Program-made: the position numbers and the translations under genes
Source: Botryllus schlosseri
Lineage: Eukaryota
Direction: 5' to 3'
Length of the DNA: 64,000 nt
Assembly (NCBI GenBank): GCA_051294905.1
Contig: CM119378.1
Location: 3,908,001-3,972,000, forward strand
The notes under the pieces: generated by a model
What the model saw: the letters and a program-made list of their open reading frames with translations, nothing else
The model's database searches: none
What the model was told of the DNA's origin: nothing
In this document: positions 38,908 through 52,997 of the stretch, piece after piece
Layout: each line of letters begins with the position of its first letter
Position numbering within the stretch: position 1 is the first letter of the stretch

Positions 38908-40761
38908 ATGAATGTGACTATGGAACGGAAACTCCCGTTTTCCCATTGTTAGGTCACGCTCGACTGAATCTAGCGACTTTGGTCAATCGCAGCGCAACAA
39001 TCGAACAATTTGCCTTAGGTTAAATGGCATATCACACTTACAGATACTCGACTTTGATAACGAAATTACTAGACTAATCAGTTAGTGGTAATCTTGAAAC
39101 TTGCTACAGTGTTAGATGACATTATCAAGATATACAATGCGGAAGCTAGTCGCTCATCTGGGTATGCAACACAATCAAAATCCACATAGACCGATAGCGG
39201 CTTTTGCGAAAACTCCCCGCTACGCGCTACGCTGCGCGCACCTATATACTCGACTCCGATAACTAAATTACCACCCTAATCAGTTAGTAGCAATCTTGAA
39301 ACTTGCTGTAGTGTTAGATGACACCATCAAGATATACACTTCGAAAGCTAGTCGCTCATCTCCGTATTCAATACATTCAAAATCAACATAGACCGATACC
39401 GGCTTTTGCGAAAAATCCATTATTGGCTAGGCTGTGCGGGTGTGCGCATTGCGCACCTATACAATACATACTCCATACTCGACTTCGGTGACGAAATTAC
39501 TAATCCAACTGTGTGGGAAGAGCCTTTAAATTTCGCACAGAGTTAGAACGCATAATATGAATAATAGATACGAAATCTCGTCATCTCTCCCGCTATGGAA
39601 ACATAGGCTTACCATATTTTGGAAATCCAAAAAGAGGACACTTTTTCAGAAATTTGCAACTAGCAAAACCGGAGTGAAATTCTCAAAAACCGGTTAATTT
39701 TTCCCACTTTGTGATCGGTTGACTAAAAAAAAAAAAAAAAGTCATATTTTCGCTCAGTGGCTAAAATCACCGTTTTTCACTCCGAAAAACCCGCCAGAGC
39801 TTCACTTCTGTGCTAATATGCGGCATATCACTCGCAATTTGCTCTAAATCTGCCTAAATTTTCAAAAAAGAGGACAAAATCTCAAAAAAGAGGACAAAAG
39901 GGCGTCCTCCGAGGACACTTTCAAAAAAGTCAAAAAAGCGGACAAATCCTCTTAAAAGAGGACGTATGGTAAGCCTATGGAAAAACCTTCAAAATCTATA
40001 GAGCATCACAGGTTTTTGCGTAAAATCTGTTCCGCAGGTAGGCCTCTAGGCTGGATGCAGGACCGTAACACCACTTCGCCAGGCCCCCCAAAACGTTGGT
40101 CTTGTGCCCCCAATAGGGTGATAAATAATGGCCGACACCGAAATGCCCATTCGAAGTTGCGTGTATTTGTATATTGCATAGGTTTGCGCAAAGTGCGCTA
40201 TCGCATACCGGTAGTAGATTTTACGCGCGTGAGCGCAGCCTAGCGCGTAACGTATTTTTCGCAAAAGCCGGTATCGGTCTATATGTGGATTTTAATTGTG
40301 TTGCATACCCAGATGAGCGACTAGCTTTCGAATTGTATATATTGATGATGTCATCTAACACTGTAGCAAATTTGAAGATTATCACTAACTGATTAGGGTG
40401 GTAATTTCGTTATCGAAGTCGAGTATATAGGTGCGCGCAGCCTAGCGCGTAACGGATTTTTCGCAATAGCCGCTATCGGTCTATGTGGATTTTGATTGTG
40501 TTGCATACCCAGATGAGCGACTAGCTTCCGAATTGTATATCCTGATGATGTCATCTAACACTGTAGCAAGTTTCAAGATTACCACTGACTGATTAGTCAA
40601 GTAATTTCGTTATCAAAGTCGAGATCTATAAGTGTGATATGCCATTTAACCTAAGGCAAATTGTTCGATTGTTGCGCTGCAATTGACCAAAGCCGCTAGA
40701 TTCAGTCGAGCGTGACTTAACAATGGGAAAACGGAGTTTCCGTTCCATAGTCACATTCCAT
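38908..40761. mobile_element. Foldback/Mutator-like element with ~500-bp modular TIRs
   Basis: 38908-39420 is inverted at ~40250-40761; arms contain ~200-bp tandem modules; flanking direct repeat AATGTAATT (9 bp). Confidence 0.85.
39604..39977. mobile_element. MITE with AAAGAGGAC repeats inside the foldback element
   Basis: TIR TAGGCTTACCATA; TSD TGGAAACA/TGGAAAAA; a related right end lies at ~16060-16123. Confidence 0.85.
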
Positions 40762-43700
40762 AATGTAATTATATTATATGAAATCATTTCTCACTAAAAA
40801 TACTCCATGTATTTTCAAATCCAAAATTTTCTCCTCTCATTTCATTGATTCCACTTTTTCAAATTAGGCCAGATTCAGTGTTCTTTTTATGCAACGTAGC
40901 AATTTTATCAAGTAGCCACCCAGTAGAATAAAAAAGAAGGTGTTTTTGATCGGCCCTATTGTACAAATATCACACAACATTAGCCATTCATTATTATCAC
41001 GTGCACAATGCACATACCTAACAAAACGTCAAACGGACGGAGGGTATTGTGTGTTTTCACAGACAGAAGATCAAATCAATGAGTTACACTTGAAAAATAC
41101 TAAAGTGAAAAGGAGATTCTCATATATGTTGAGGCGGCATGGCCTTAGAATAATCCACATCCACTGGATACACGTTCCTCTGGTGCATTAGATGCAGGAA
41201 TTGAAAAGCAAGTTTGAATCACACTGAAGAACATTAGATACTCATCCATTCTAGTATCCATTCTATATCTACACATGAGCTTATCAGTCTCTTCCAAGTA
41301 GACTACTTGACCATGTTGAGTCATTTCCTTGGCTCTAATTGGACTTTGCTTCGATTGTTTGCTTGTATAATTGAAATGTATTGAGTACTTTGTAGGCGGA
41401 GGATCTATTACCTCTTCATCACTGGATGATATTGTACAATGCATTGCTCTTTGCTACTATGTCTTTGCTACTATGACTTTTGTTTTTACGGCGGCGCATA
41501 TCTGATATCAGACGAGTGCAACGAAAGCAGTGGTGACAAATAGCGATGTCGACAGAATTCGTCACATGCATTGATCTAACCATTGTGATTCGCAACTTTC
41601 TTCACCTTCAAGTCACATAAAATAAGCCGAGTCAATGACTTGAGTCGAGTCATGCGTAATGACTCGAGTACAAGTCGAGTCAATCCAAATATTGACTCGA
41701 GTCGAGTCGAGTCATTTTCCCATTTCAAGAAAATGACTCGAGTCAAGTCGAGTCACAAAAAAATCGTGACTCGAGTCTGACTCGAGTCGAGTCATGACTC
41801 GAGTCATTACAACCCTGTAGAAAGCTCCCAGAATTTAAGCAATACATTAGCGAAATGAGAAAGCATCCTGATGTTATACTGCTACAAGAGACTCGTTTGA
41901 TCGAGAAATACACACCAACTTTTCATGGATATAATGTTATACGCAGGGATAAAACTGTACACAGCGGAGGACTGGCTATATTAATCAAGCAGAACCTAAC
42001 ACATATAGGATACGATCTTAAAACAGCTCCAAACGTCGATGTCCTATGCATCGAAGTGTGTGGTATTAAGATTTGCAATGTCTACATTTCTCCCAATTCG
42101 ATACCAAACCGAACTGATTTCGAGTTTTTACAGCAGCTTTCCTGGAAATCTTTGGTATTTGGGGATTTTAACTCGCATCACTGGGCTTGGGGATCAGAAG
42201 TAACTAATACGCGAGGAACCAATCTGCATGACGCATTAGATAAATATTCTATTGTGTCACTGAATATGGACTCACCTACTCATCTGAATATAGCTTGTAA
42301 TGCAGTAAGAAGGTGGTCATTGATAGACATGTCGTTTGCGTCGGCTGATATAGCAAGTAGATGCTCCACTACAGTGTCAAATGATCTACTTGGCAGTGAC
42401 CATTTGATCGTCCTCACCACCTATATGAATAAAGTCCCAAGAACCAAATTAAGACCCCCTAGTTGGAGTCTGAGAAAAGCAGATTGGGAGAATTTCGAGT
42501 ATCACTTTACATTGCCTACTAATATGGAAGCTGAAACCAATATCGATTCAGTCGTCGGAGAGTTCAGTCAAATCATGCTGCATGCTGCGAGCAAGTCAAT
42601 ACCTATGACGCGCAATCATAAAAGGAATCCCAACCCTTGGTGGAACGCTGATTGCTCCAGAGCTGTTAGAAGGAAAAAGGCCGCTTTCATGAAGATGAAG
42701 AGGACGTTTGCGCAGGAGGACATCATTCGTTTCAAAAGGTTGCGTGCGCAATGCAGGAGTGTAATTCTCCAAGCTAAGAGGTATTCCTGGAAGTCTTTTT
42801 GTGAATCACTCGGAGCTAGAGCAAACTTTCAAACGGTGTGGAAAGTGGCCCGATCTGTTTCGAACACAAATGCAGCGGTGGGAGTAATCCCAACTTTAAC
42901 GATCGGCGGAGAAAAGATTACCGCAGATGTTGGTAAAGCAAATTCGTTAGCCCATGTGTTCAAAAACGTGAGTAGCACCAATAACTTCCCTACCGATTTC
43001 ATTAACAACAGACACAATGCGCTCGGTATATATCCATGCAATATACCAATGTGTGGGGAGCTTGATGCACCATTTTGTGTAAACGAATTAATGCAAGCCC
43101 TACGTACCAAAAAGAATACGGCGCCGGGTGGTGATACCTTGTGTTATGCTATGTTTAAGCATCTGCCGGACGAAGGTCAGTCAAAAATGTTGGAAATCAT
43201 AAATCTGTCATGGGCCACAGGTGCGATGCCAAGCTCATGGAACCATTCAATTATCGTTCCCATTTTGAAAGCTGGTAAAGACCCTACTTCTCCTCATTCG
43301 TATCGACCAATATCACTGACTAGTCATTTCTGCAAGATAGTAGAAACGATGATCGCAAACAGATTGACATGGTACCTAGAAAAATATAAATTAATCCACT
43401 CTTCACAGTGCGGTTTCAGGAGAGGGCGACGTGCTCTTGATCATGTAATCAGTCTCCATGACTCAGCTTATAAAGCGGTGAATAATGGGCGATCGATTCT
43501 GGCGGTTTTTCTAGATATAAGACGGGCATATGATATGGTGTGGCGGGATGGACTGATTGTAAAACTCCAAAGTATGGGAATATCCGGGAAAATGTTGAGG
43601 TGGATCAATAATTTTTTGCGTATTCGGACATTTCAAGTGCGTATTGGTTGTGCCTTATCAGATTTGTGCTATCTGGAAAACGGCATTCCTCAAGGGAGCG

Positions 43701-45709
43701 TATTATCACCTATACTGTTTACAATCATGATCAATGACCTTCCATCAAACATAGGATCAAAAGTGGGTCTTTATGCTGACGATTGTGCAATTTGGGAATC
43801 TGGTTTAGATATTAATGAACTCGCTGCTGATATCCAGTCTAGCTTGGATGCATTCGTCCGATGGTGTTCGAAATAGGGATTTGTGGCTTCGAGAGAAAAG
43901 AGTGTCGCCATGTTAATCACAAGAAAGCGCAATTTGGATGCACCAATACTTAGGTTGGGTGAAGATGATCTAACATATGTAGACAATTTTAAATATCTTG
44001 GAGTATACTTTGATAAGAGGTTGAACTACAAAATTCATATTGATTACGTTATAAAGAAGTGTGCCAAACGCATAAACTTGCTAAAAATGCTTTCGGGCAC
44101 CACCTGGGGCGGGTCTAAAGATGTATTGTTGATGTTGTATAAATCATTAATTCGCTCGGTGATCGATTATGGAATGGAGGCCTACTTTTTTGCCCCTAAA
44201 ACACACCTTAAGAAAATTGAAGTGATTAGGAACCAAGCCCTGAGAATATGCTGTGGTGCCATGTGTAGTACGCCGATCTGGGTACTTGAAGTTGAAAGCA
44301 ATGAAATGCCTCTTCACATGAGGCACTGGTACGCATGTTCCAAATATCGATATCAATTGACCACCCAGACGGACAACCCTACTTATTCGGTGTTGCAAGA
44401 GTCGTGGGAGGATATGTATGCTCTTATTAATGAGCGATTCTCAACTTTTCGTACCTTTACTCATGTCAACGCCTTGTCTTGTGAGAATATTGCAGGAAAC
44501 GTGATACTATCGACACCACCATGGGCAACGTCACTTCCCGATGTAGATTCCTCACTATCACTCTCAATTAGTAAAGAAACATCTACAGAAACTGTCATAG
44601 TACTCTTCAAGGATCACATATCTGCCAACTATGAAGAACGCACTGAGATCTATACAGACGGGTCTAAAACAGAAACGGGATGCGGATATTCGGTTTACGT
44701 TCCTGCACAAAATATAAGTATTGCGTGCCCGCTTCCAAGAATTCTCTCGATCTTTTCAATGGAACTCATTGCGATCAAACATGCCTTACTATGGGTACGG
44801 CAAAGTCAAGTTACTACGAAAGTTGCAATATTCAGCGATTCCTTGAGTGCATTGGACGCGATCAAACATTCGGGACTATATCACACGGCACTGGTGAATG
44901 AAATTATTGAGCTGAACCATCAGTTGCGAACAGCAGAAATCACCATTTCGTTTGTATGGGTGCCTGGACACTCCGGAATACGCGGTAATGAATCTGCAGA
45001 TCAATTAGCTAGGACGGGAGCTGCTAATACACACATACGTCGGAATCATGCTATCCCACTCGCCGACGTACGGTCGTACTTGCTAAAGAGCTGCAAAGAT
45101 GAGTGGGACCGCATTTATCAATCCACAGATACTGGGAGAGCGTACAAAGATCTGCGACCCTCGGTACATGACAGACTATCGGAAGTGGATACAAGGTTGG
45201 GAAATTCGATTTTGCTGCGGTTAAGAACGACGCATTGCAGACTAAACCACCATCTCAACAAGATTGGATGCATCGACTCGCAACTGTGCGAAGCATGTGG
45301 TATTGAGGAAACCGTAGAGCATTATCTCATGAATTGTAGAAAATACCGCTATCAAAGAGAACGCTTACGACGTCATGCAGAGTCGAAGAATGTAAATTTC
45401 GACATGCGAACCCTACTGACTGATCCACAAGTACTGCGATATGTTGTTGAATATGTTAGATCGACTCGAGGAATATTGTAAAACCTTTTTATGTGCATAT
45501 GTGTAGGCCTAACTATCTCAGTTATATATTATGCACTTTCTGTTTAACTTGTTTCTGTCCGTGGCGCAAAAAGCCTTCAGTTGTGATAAGCGCCACTCAT
45601 GCCAATGTTTTTACCTATAATAATAATAATAATGTATATCCACAAGATCAGTCGAATCAGGAATTACCTATCTGAGGATACATGCAAAATTACAATACTG
45701 TCGCTGGTA

Positions 45710-46150
45710 CGGTTGCGTTTAAAACTAACGGTGTTTTAAAGCTCTTTGTTTAAAACATGTTTTAAATAGTGTTTTAAATAAAGGCCTTTAAAAAAATTTG
45801 TGATTTTGTTGTAAAATTATGCTATAATTGTGCAAATACTTTCCAAAAAACATTTTGTATGAGTCTACGGTCAATTACCACCCGATATAGCCGACGTGTA
45901 TCGATATCGGATGGTTGGAGCCCGCAAAATAGTCGGTTCAACATTAATAGAACAGATATCTCGTGAAAGGAGCTATATTTACCCTATATTTTCAATTGTC
46001 CATGCCAATCCACTATGACGTCACAATAGAATGTTTGTGACGTCATGGCTTTAAAAAAAACAAAAAAACGCAATAAAAAACATGTTTTGAATAAGGGCTT
46101 TGCTTTAAAAATGTTTGTTTTAACTTGATTTTTGTTTTCAATGGAACCCT
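45710..46150. mobile_element. Degenerate TIR insertion, possibly Harbinger-like, in the L2 fragment
   Basis: Imperfect inverted ends GGTTGCGTTTAAAAC / GTTTTCAATGGAACC interrupt the L2 reading frame; no clean TSD. Confidence 0.5.
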
Positions 46151-47923
46151 AGTCTCTGATGATATCACGGCTTGACTATGGAAATGCTCTGCTTTTCGGG
46201 GTAAACCAAAATTGCACCGACAAGCTACAGAAGATCCAAAACATGGCTGCTCATTTGATAACTCGGCCAAGGAAGCGTGATCACGTGACGCCGATTCTTA
46301 GATCCCTTCATTGGCTACCCGTAAAATTTAGGTCTGAATACAATAAGCTTCTGTATGTTTTCAAATGCATGGAGGGAAGTGCACCAGTGTATCTTCGTGA
46401 GCTAGTGACAATCTACAATCCCAGAAGAGAGTTGCGTTCTCAATCGCAGAAACTCTTGTCAGTTACAAGAGTCAAAACATCGACCGTGGAACAATCTTCC
46501 ATTTTCTATCAGACTTTCTGACTCGCTATAGGATTTATTATTGTTATATTCGGCGCTCTATAGATTAATATTATATCATTTTATTATCATATCAAGCGGA
46601 TGGGCAGAACGTTCATCAAAAGTGAATGTGCGAATATAGACTTACTTATAGGTAATACCGCGATGATGCAGTCAGGAATCCCGGAGTTCTATATATCCCT
46701 GACTATACAAACCGAGTAAAGATAGAACATCGTGATACGGATTGATCATAGTATATATTGAGCTGTCGTGAGGTGGTTGTTAGCATAATGCATACAAGAA
46801 AATAAAGGAATAATAATTCAATTATAAAAAGATGTTTGAAATTTGGTGTGGAAATAAATATAGATAAGGGGTGTTGTCAGATTAGATGTTATATAATATC
46901 TAATGGTCTGGTCATTTAACCAAGCTAAGTATTGTACATACAAGTCAAATCCGGAAGCGTGATCCGAGGTTATCGAAAAGAATTCAAAGATTGGGTGCAT
47001 TGTAATAATTTTAGAAACCTTGTGTATAAAAGCAACTTATTACTGCAACATTTATTAAAATAAGTGCAACTTTCACGATTTTAGTGCAACAAAAACTTGC
47101 CCTATGGATTAATGGAATTCATAATAAACAGGACAGCATTTATTATGCCTGCTATAAATCAAGTGCTATTTTCACACTGATTCCGAAAATCCTAATATTA
47201 ATATTTCAGAGCACAAGACCTCCTCAAAATCGCCAAGAAATGTGAAATTCGGCATTGCTATAATGACAGCACAGAGGAACAATAATCATTTGAGGTACAG
47301 ATCAATCTGCCCTGCTTGATTGTTTGGTAACATTCTGACATTCGCAGCGCAGTGCAACAAAGCGCAATTGACTGCGCAAACCGACGGTATCATGGAGTTG
47401 CCATAGCCAGCATGTAATGCAGAGAGGAAATGATTTCCTTTACCGATGTAGATGTTATGTGTTTTAACTCAATACCTACCTTCAAATGTGGATATATAGT
47501 TGTTCCTCGTAGCCTGAAACCGAAGAATGCTAATGACTCATGAGATATGAAATAACAAGTAGCTAGATCTGCTAGGACATTGGTAATACTCTTGCTGACA
47601 GCGAGGGAGACCTGACCTCGATTCCCTGTGGGTCAAAGAGTTTTAACAATTTTACTGGTTTCAATTATTCAGATCTCAGTTTATACAAATGTAAATAACG
47701 AGCTAATTACGTAAAATTATTTTGATAAAGCTAACACATCGAAGCAGAAAGATACAGCTCAGCAAAATCGTAAGGGCAAATATATATATATATATATAAC
47801 AATACGTTCAGGACGGGCTTATTGCTGGGATAGGTCAGTTAATTCAGTTGGAAGCATTCTCATTCAGGAGTGCCCCCTACTTTGCACCCCTTCTGACCCT
47901 GCCTTTGTCTGCGCAAATTTTAG

Positions 47924-48320
47924 GTCACGCGACGCCTTTCCAAACTGGCGGTCCAGTCGCCCGCCAATTCACGGATATCTCTAATTTGATTGATACATCT
48001 GCTACAGTCGATAGAAAGCTTCATCTCGGAACTGCAGTCGCGAAAGAAATGTCTTATCGAGGAAGTAGACGCGTTGGTGGCCATGGAAAGCAACGACAAG
48101 CACAAAGTTCGGCAAACTATAAAAGTTAGTGAATCCACGAAAAATCCGTGACGCCGCAAAAAACCAAAACCTTCTCAGTTCACGACTGACGACGAAAATG
48201 TCGTGCTTTCCGCAATACGCAATTTTGGTGTCGTTTCCGCGCCTCCGCAGCTCACATTGGGGGATGACATGGCTACGGAAGGGGTCCCAAGAGGCACGAC
48301 TGGCGGCCCGCGGACATCAG
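47924..48320 (+). pseudogene. Partial duplicate (unit 2) of the coiled-coil exons of the NHL gene
   Basis: Exons 48008-48124 and 48179-48320 align to 1425-1541 and 1599-1740. The first exon has an ~80-nt deletion that removes the ATG, and the upstream donor is GA instead of GT. No downstream NHL exons were seen before unit 3. Confidence 0.8.
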
Positions 48321-51300
48321 GTTTACTCGGATTTTGTTTTCGCATACTTGAATAGATTTTGCTCATAATGGCAAGCATCGGGGCATTAACGCTATATCCT
48401 GAAATGTTAATAATATATGATGCCGCGATTGGCTAATGATACAGGGGTGCATTTTTTAAATATTACAGTAGAAATATGTCGTTATAACCGACCTCATAGC
48501 ACGGGTAGGATAGAGTTATGCAGTGGGTAAATAATTCTTTATGTTGCATATCATGCAGGCACACCAATATCGGTCAGCGGGGTCAGTGACGAAGTAGCCT
48601 ACTTGATCACAGATACCCCCTTATGGCGTAAAGTCGATACATCATGTTTTTCTACCATTTGCATTCTTTGGAACCATTTTATAGTTTGAAATGGATTTTG
48701 AAAGTAGTCACAAGTTTGTGAAAATGAACAATGTTGTGCAATTTCATTGGACTAATATTATTCATAAAGCTGTAAATCAGCAAAACGCATGCTGAGCAAT
48801 GCAGTAGCCAGACACCAGCTAATAACCTGTTATAAAGCTTCGTGTTGCTTCATCGATGCTTCAGTCGGGTACAATAGGCTACGAACTTACACAGATGGCA
48901 CTGTATGACATGTTTCATCACAGCAAATATGACCCAGCAAAACATTTGGAATCAACGTATCGTAATCTAACATCTAACTTTCGCAACGTCATCTAGCAGC
49001 ACATGACGTGTCCTGATCAAAATATCAGGCCCTGTTTTAGCAGACCTAGCAGACCATTTATGGACAAATACACGAAACATATTCCGTTTTTTGAACATTG
49101 TATTGTTATTTTTATGCACGGTATCAGCATCCTTGAGTTCTTATAATGAAATTGAGTTTTTTGGAGCACATGCATGCAGTGTTTAGATCAAGTAACTACC
49201 TTCGAGTCAAAAGTCATCTCGAGTCAATGCACATTTTGACTCGAGTCATGTCAAGTCATGCCAATCGATTTTTGAAGCTGAGTCGAGCCAATTACCAAGT
49301 CAAGTCACTCGATTCTTGGAGGTGACTCGAGTCGAGTCAAGTCACGAGCGCAAGTGACAATTCAAGTCAAGTCGTCATTTTGAAGCACGAGGCGTGATTA
49401 GGTCATTGCATTCGCCATCGAGGATCACATTAAGAATTGAATAGACATGCAAAAAGATGTTGTATAGCCAGAGGTGGTCAAAGTATTCAAGAAAGCTACT
49501 CAAGTAGAAGTAGAAGTAGCGACGCAAAAATCTGTACAAGTACGAGTAGAAGTAGTCCTTTTAGAAGCAGCCTAAAACTACTTGAAGTAGAAGTAGCATT
49601 GACTGACTTTAAATCTACTCAAGTAAGTAAGTAGTTGTCAAAACGATCGTATATAATTCGTTCGCATAGACTATCAACAGCTGCAAATTGCACTATGTGA
49701 AAGGTGCAGAACTTGATTCATATTGATGCATCCCAGGAGGTATAAATTGTTGACAGCAAAAGCATTCGTCCACATCATGGGATGAAAATGATAGCATTGA
49801 TATGGGAATGCGATACTGATCCACTGTTTACTCGAACAAACACCCCGATTTAGAAAATATCATGGTATGGCCCTCTCGCCCTCCCACATATTTAAAGCCC
49901 ATAGTTTCGTCGAGGTGCGCGCACTCACCAACTCACTGCGCGGTCCCTTGGACGACAGTGCGTGTCGACTAAAAAAAAGGTCATCACTTCGGTTTTGTTT
50001 TGTGCGCAGCTTAGATTTTCTGTGCGCGGAGACCATGTCAGCACTGCGCAATTGCGCACATGCACAGCTTAGAGGGAACATTGGTCATCACTACCATCAC
50101 TATCTGATGAATTGAACGCTTTGGACGACAAGCGCCTAGCCGCACAAAGCGACTGAATTGTGTCCATGAACACTATCCACGCACTTGAAGTATGCTTCCT
50201 ATACAAGCCTATTACAGAAAACTCCGTTACTGCGTAAGCGACTGCGACAAGCGTAATCTTAGCCTGCGAGAAATTTGTTGATTAGCGCGAGCTACTCAGG
50301 AGACGACCGTTCACGACGACGCCCAATCACCAATCGTGATCCGAGGTTATTTACAGTGATAAGCTGCCGGAGGCAGCATAGCGAGAAAACCTGATAGGTA
50401 CGCTCGTAAGAGCGTATTATAGAGATTCTGCGGATGGAGCCACCAAAGTTCTTGTTCAGGTTTTAAGACATATATATACAACATATATATTTAGGATATG
50501 CATATTGTCGATAGGAAACAAGCCGTTTGGTGTTTTAGTCAAATGATCTTCCTCCGTAAGCTGTCATAGGCGGGCTTGACCCTACTGACAAGAATTCAAA
50601 TGTTGGGTGTTTTGGGTAGATATTATAAGCAGAAGGGAGTAATATAGTATAGCATGAATATGACTCTTCAGTCCATAGCAACTCTACCATAATTTATATG
50701 AAATATAATAACAGCATCCAATTTGATAACCAAATCCATAAAATATACAAGCAGAGTAATGACCGAACATCGTAATCCGGATTGATCATAGTATATTGAG
50801 CTACCGTGAGGTGGTTGTTCGGGTAATGTAAATGAGAAAAAAAGGAAGAATAACTCAATTATTAAGAGATGTTGGAAATGGGGCGTGGAAAGATATGTAG
50901 ATAAGGGGTGTTGTCATGTTAGATGTTATATAATATCAAGTGGTCTGGTATATTTTACCAAGCTAAGAATTGCATAGACAAAGTGAAATCCAGAAGCGTG
51001 ATCCCAGTTTTTTTCACAGTATGATTGATAAGCTGCCGAAGGCAGCATAGCGAGAAAAACTGATAGCTATACGCCCCGCGGATGGATCCACCAAAGTTCT
51101 TCTTCAGGTTTTAAGACATATATCTATCTATATACATATAAATATATTTAGGATATGTATGTATATTATTGGTAGGAATTTAGTAAACAAGACATTCTGG
51201 TGTGTTAGCCAAATGATCTTTCACAGTATGCTGTCATAGGCGGCCTCAACCCTACCGACAAGAATTTAAGGGTTGGGTTTATTGTAATAATTTTAAAAAC

Positions 51301-52489
51301 CTTGTGTATAAATGCAACTTATTACTGCGACATTTATTAAGTGTAAGTGTAAGTGTAAGTGCAACTTTCACGATTTTAGTAGAACAAAAACTTGCCCTAA
51401 TGATTAATGCAAATCCATCATAAAGAGGTCAGCATTTCTGATACCTGGTTTAAATCAAGCGCTATTTTAACACTGATTCCGAAAATCCTAATAATAATAA
51501 TGTCAGAGCACTAGACCTCAAAATCGCAAAGAAATGTGAAATTCGATATTACTATAATGGCAGCGCAGAGAAACAATATCATTTGAGGTACAGATCAATC
51601 TGCCTTGCCTCATTGATTGTTCGCTAACATTCTGACAATCGCAGGGCAGTGAAACCATAGTGTCCTATATGGTGTGGACACAAGCAAATCTCACGGCTCG
51701 GTGAAATTGGTATACGTCACACTTTCCATTGGACTGAAGGCAATTTGACAGTAATTTTTGACCGGCTTGCCGAGCATCAAATTTGATAAAACGGGTATCA
51801 ATCGAAAGCTGCCGCTGTACTGATTACGAAAATTAAACTTTTACTTCGCTCGTCGTCCTGGAACCCCACAATCACTCTTGAATTTTCCATTGTTATGGAG
51901 AGTGGTATAGTGACGCAACAATGCTGTCTGGCGAAACGAGAGCTTAGCTCATGAGCAAATGAGTGGCTGCGCGGCGAGAGTGAGTGCTCAGACTGCTCAC
52001 TGCTCAGTTAGCGTCGCGGCAATGGGCAATGAACTTGTGTTTCGAAGTGCAATCGCGTCGCAGAGAGAGAATTCTTTTATTCGTCAACCATGAAATATAG
52101 TATAGGCAATGTCCACAAACATTCACGTCCAATGGCACACATTTTCTGTATTTTCCCGACTATATTCTACACGGTATAGACTGGGAGACCTGATATGACC
52201 GAAGTCTTCTAGACCAGAGTCACCCAAGCATATTTGGCAGTATTATTCATAATATGAATCAATTTCCTCTCTCAATCGAGTAGCACAGCAACGAGTAACG
52301 AAATAAACAAAAGTAAATTAGAAACAGCAACATCTAAAGGAGGACGGTTATTATTGTTGACAGTGTGATCAGAAAATAACAATTTGACCCGTGTGCACAG
52401 TGGTAATATTATTGTAGCATATACAATGAAACAAAATAACAGTAGACTTTTTTCAAAATACATCACTGTGGTCATGAGATATATTCTTC

Positions 52490-52902
52490 TTAGTACTTGG
52501 ATAAGATGAATTTGCAATACCGAGCTTTAAACTTATGATAAGGAAGAGTAGGGTAGATAGTTGGTACGTTATTCCAAAATTTCACACCTATATGAGATAG
52601 GGAATTTCTTGACAGTCTAGATGATTTCAATTTAACAATTTGGTACTGATTCTGTGAGAATCTCGTGTTATAATGGTGAATTGAATTGGGGCATTGAAAA
52701 AATTTTCGAAATAGTCTGGCAATGTTCTCTCATTATATGGTTTCAAGATTTTTACAATTTCAAATTCATACAAATCCGAGACCTTGAGAATGCCTAATTT
52801 TCTAAATTCAGGATTGACACTACTACGTGCAGGTATATTGGATATAATCCTAATGGCTTTGTTTTGTAATACCTGGAGCTTGTTGCGTTGCGCTGTTAAC
52901 AC
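52490..52902 (-). mobile_element. Decayed CR1/L2-group LINE ORF2 C-terminal fragment
   Basis: KLQVLQNKAIRII..LGILKVSDLYEFEI, similar to the C-terminus of the 24519 ORF. Confidence 0.75.
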
Positions 52903-52997
52903 TGTCTATAGGTGCTTCGGTCGATGCGAGCACACGAATTACCAGCCTTTACTTGACTTGTAATGGTAGAACTGGGTCCACAGGCTGCATTAGGGCC

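Larger units (their letters stand above)
36701..41817 (-). mobile_element. CAGGGTTGTAA-family hAT derivative carrying nested elements, inserted in LINE ORF2
   Basis: TSD TAGAAAGC; collinear with 28927-31458; hAT dimerisation remnant at 41145-41444 (-). Confidence 0.93.
36625..45481 (+). pseudogene. LINE ORF2 (APE endonuclease-RT-RNase H-zinc finger), interrupted
   Basis: LILQWNCRSIYRK at ~36661-36700 joins LPEFKQYISEMRKHPDVILLQET after 41825. Motifs GDFN, GSDH, YRPISL, PQGS, YADD, IYTDGSK, WVPGHSGIRGNESAD, CEAC..ETVEHYLMNC. One in-frame TAG at 43874. Confidence 0.93.
35219..45631 (+). mobile_element. Full-length I-clade (I/Nimb-like) LINE
   Basis: Starts CAGTC, ends in (TAA)n; 13-bp TSD ATGTATATCCACA at 35206-35218 and 45632-45644; two ORFs, with RNase H in ORF2. 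Confidence 0.93.
34440..46521 (+). mobile_element. Old L2-type LINE ORF2 3' fragment split into four pieces by later insertions
   Basis: Pieces ~34440-34599, 35192-35218, 45645-45709 and 46151-46521 join as NLGVDFDDTLSME..IDYISKICFMYIHKISRIRNYLSEDTCK..ISRLDYGNALL..HVTPILRSLHWLPV. Confidence 0.85.

Noticed and set aside
41855..45481. Two separate RT and RNase H genes, or a retron/DGR-like RT system
   Set aside because: Both ORFs are in the same frame, separated by one TAG, and form a standard LINE ORF2 with TSD and (TAA)n tail
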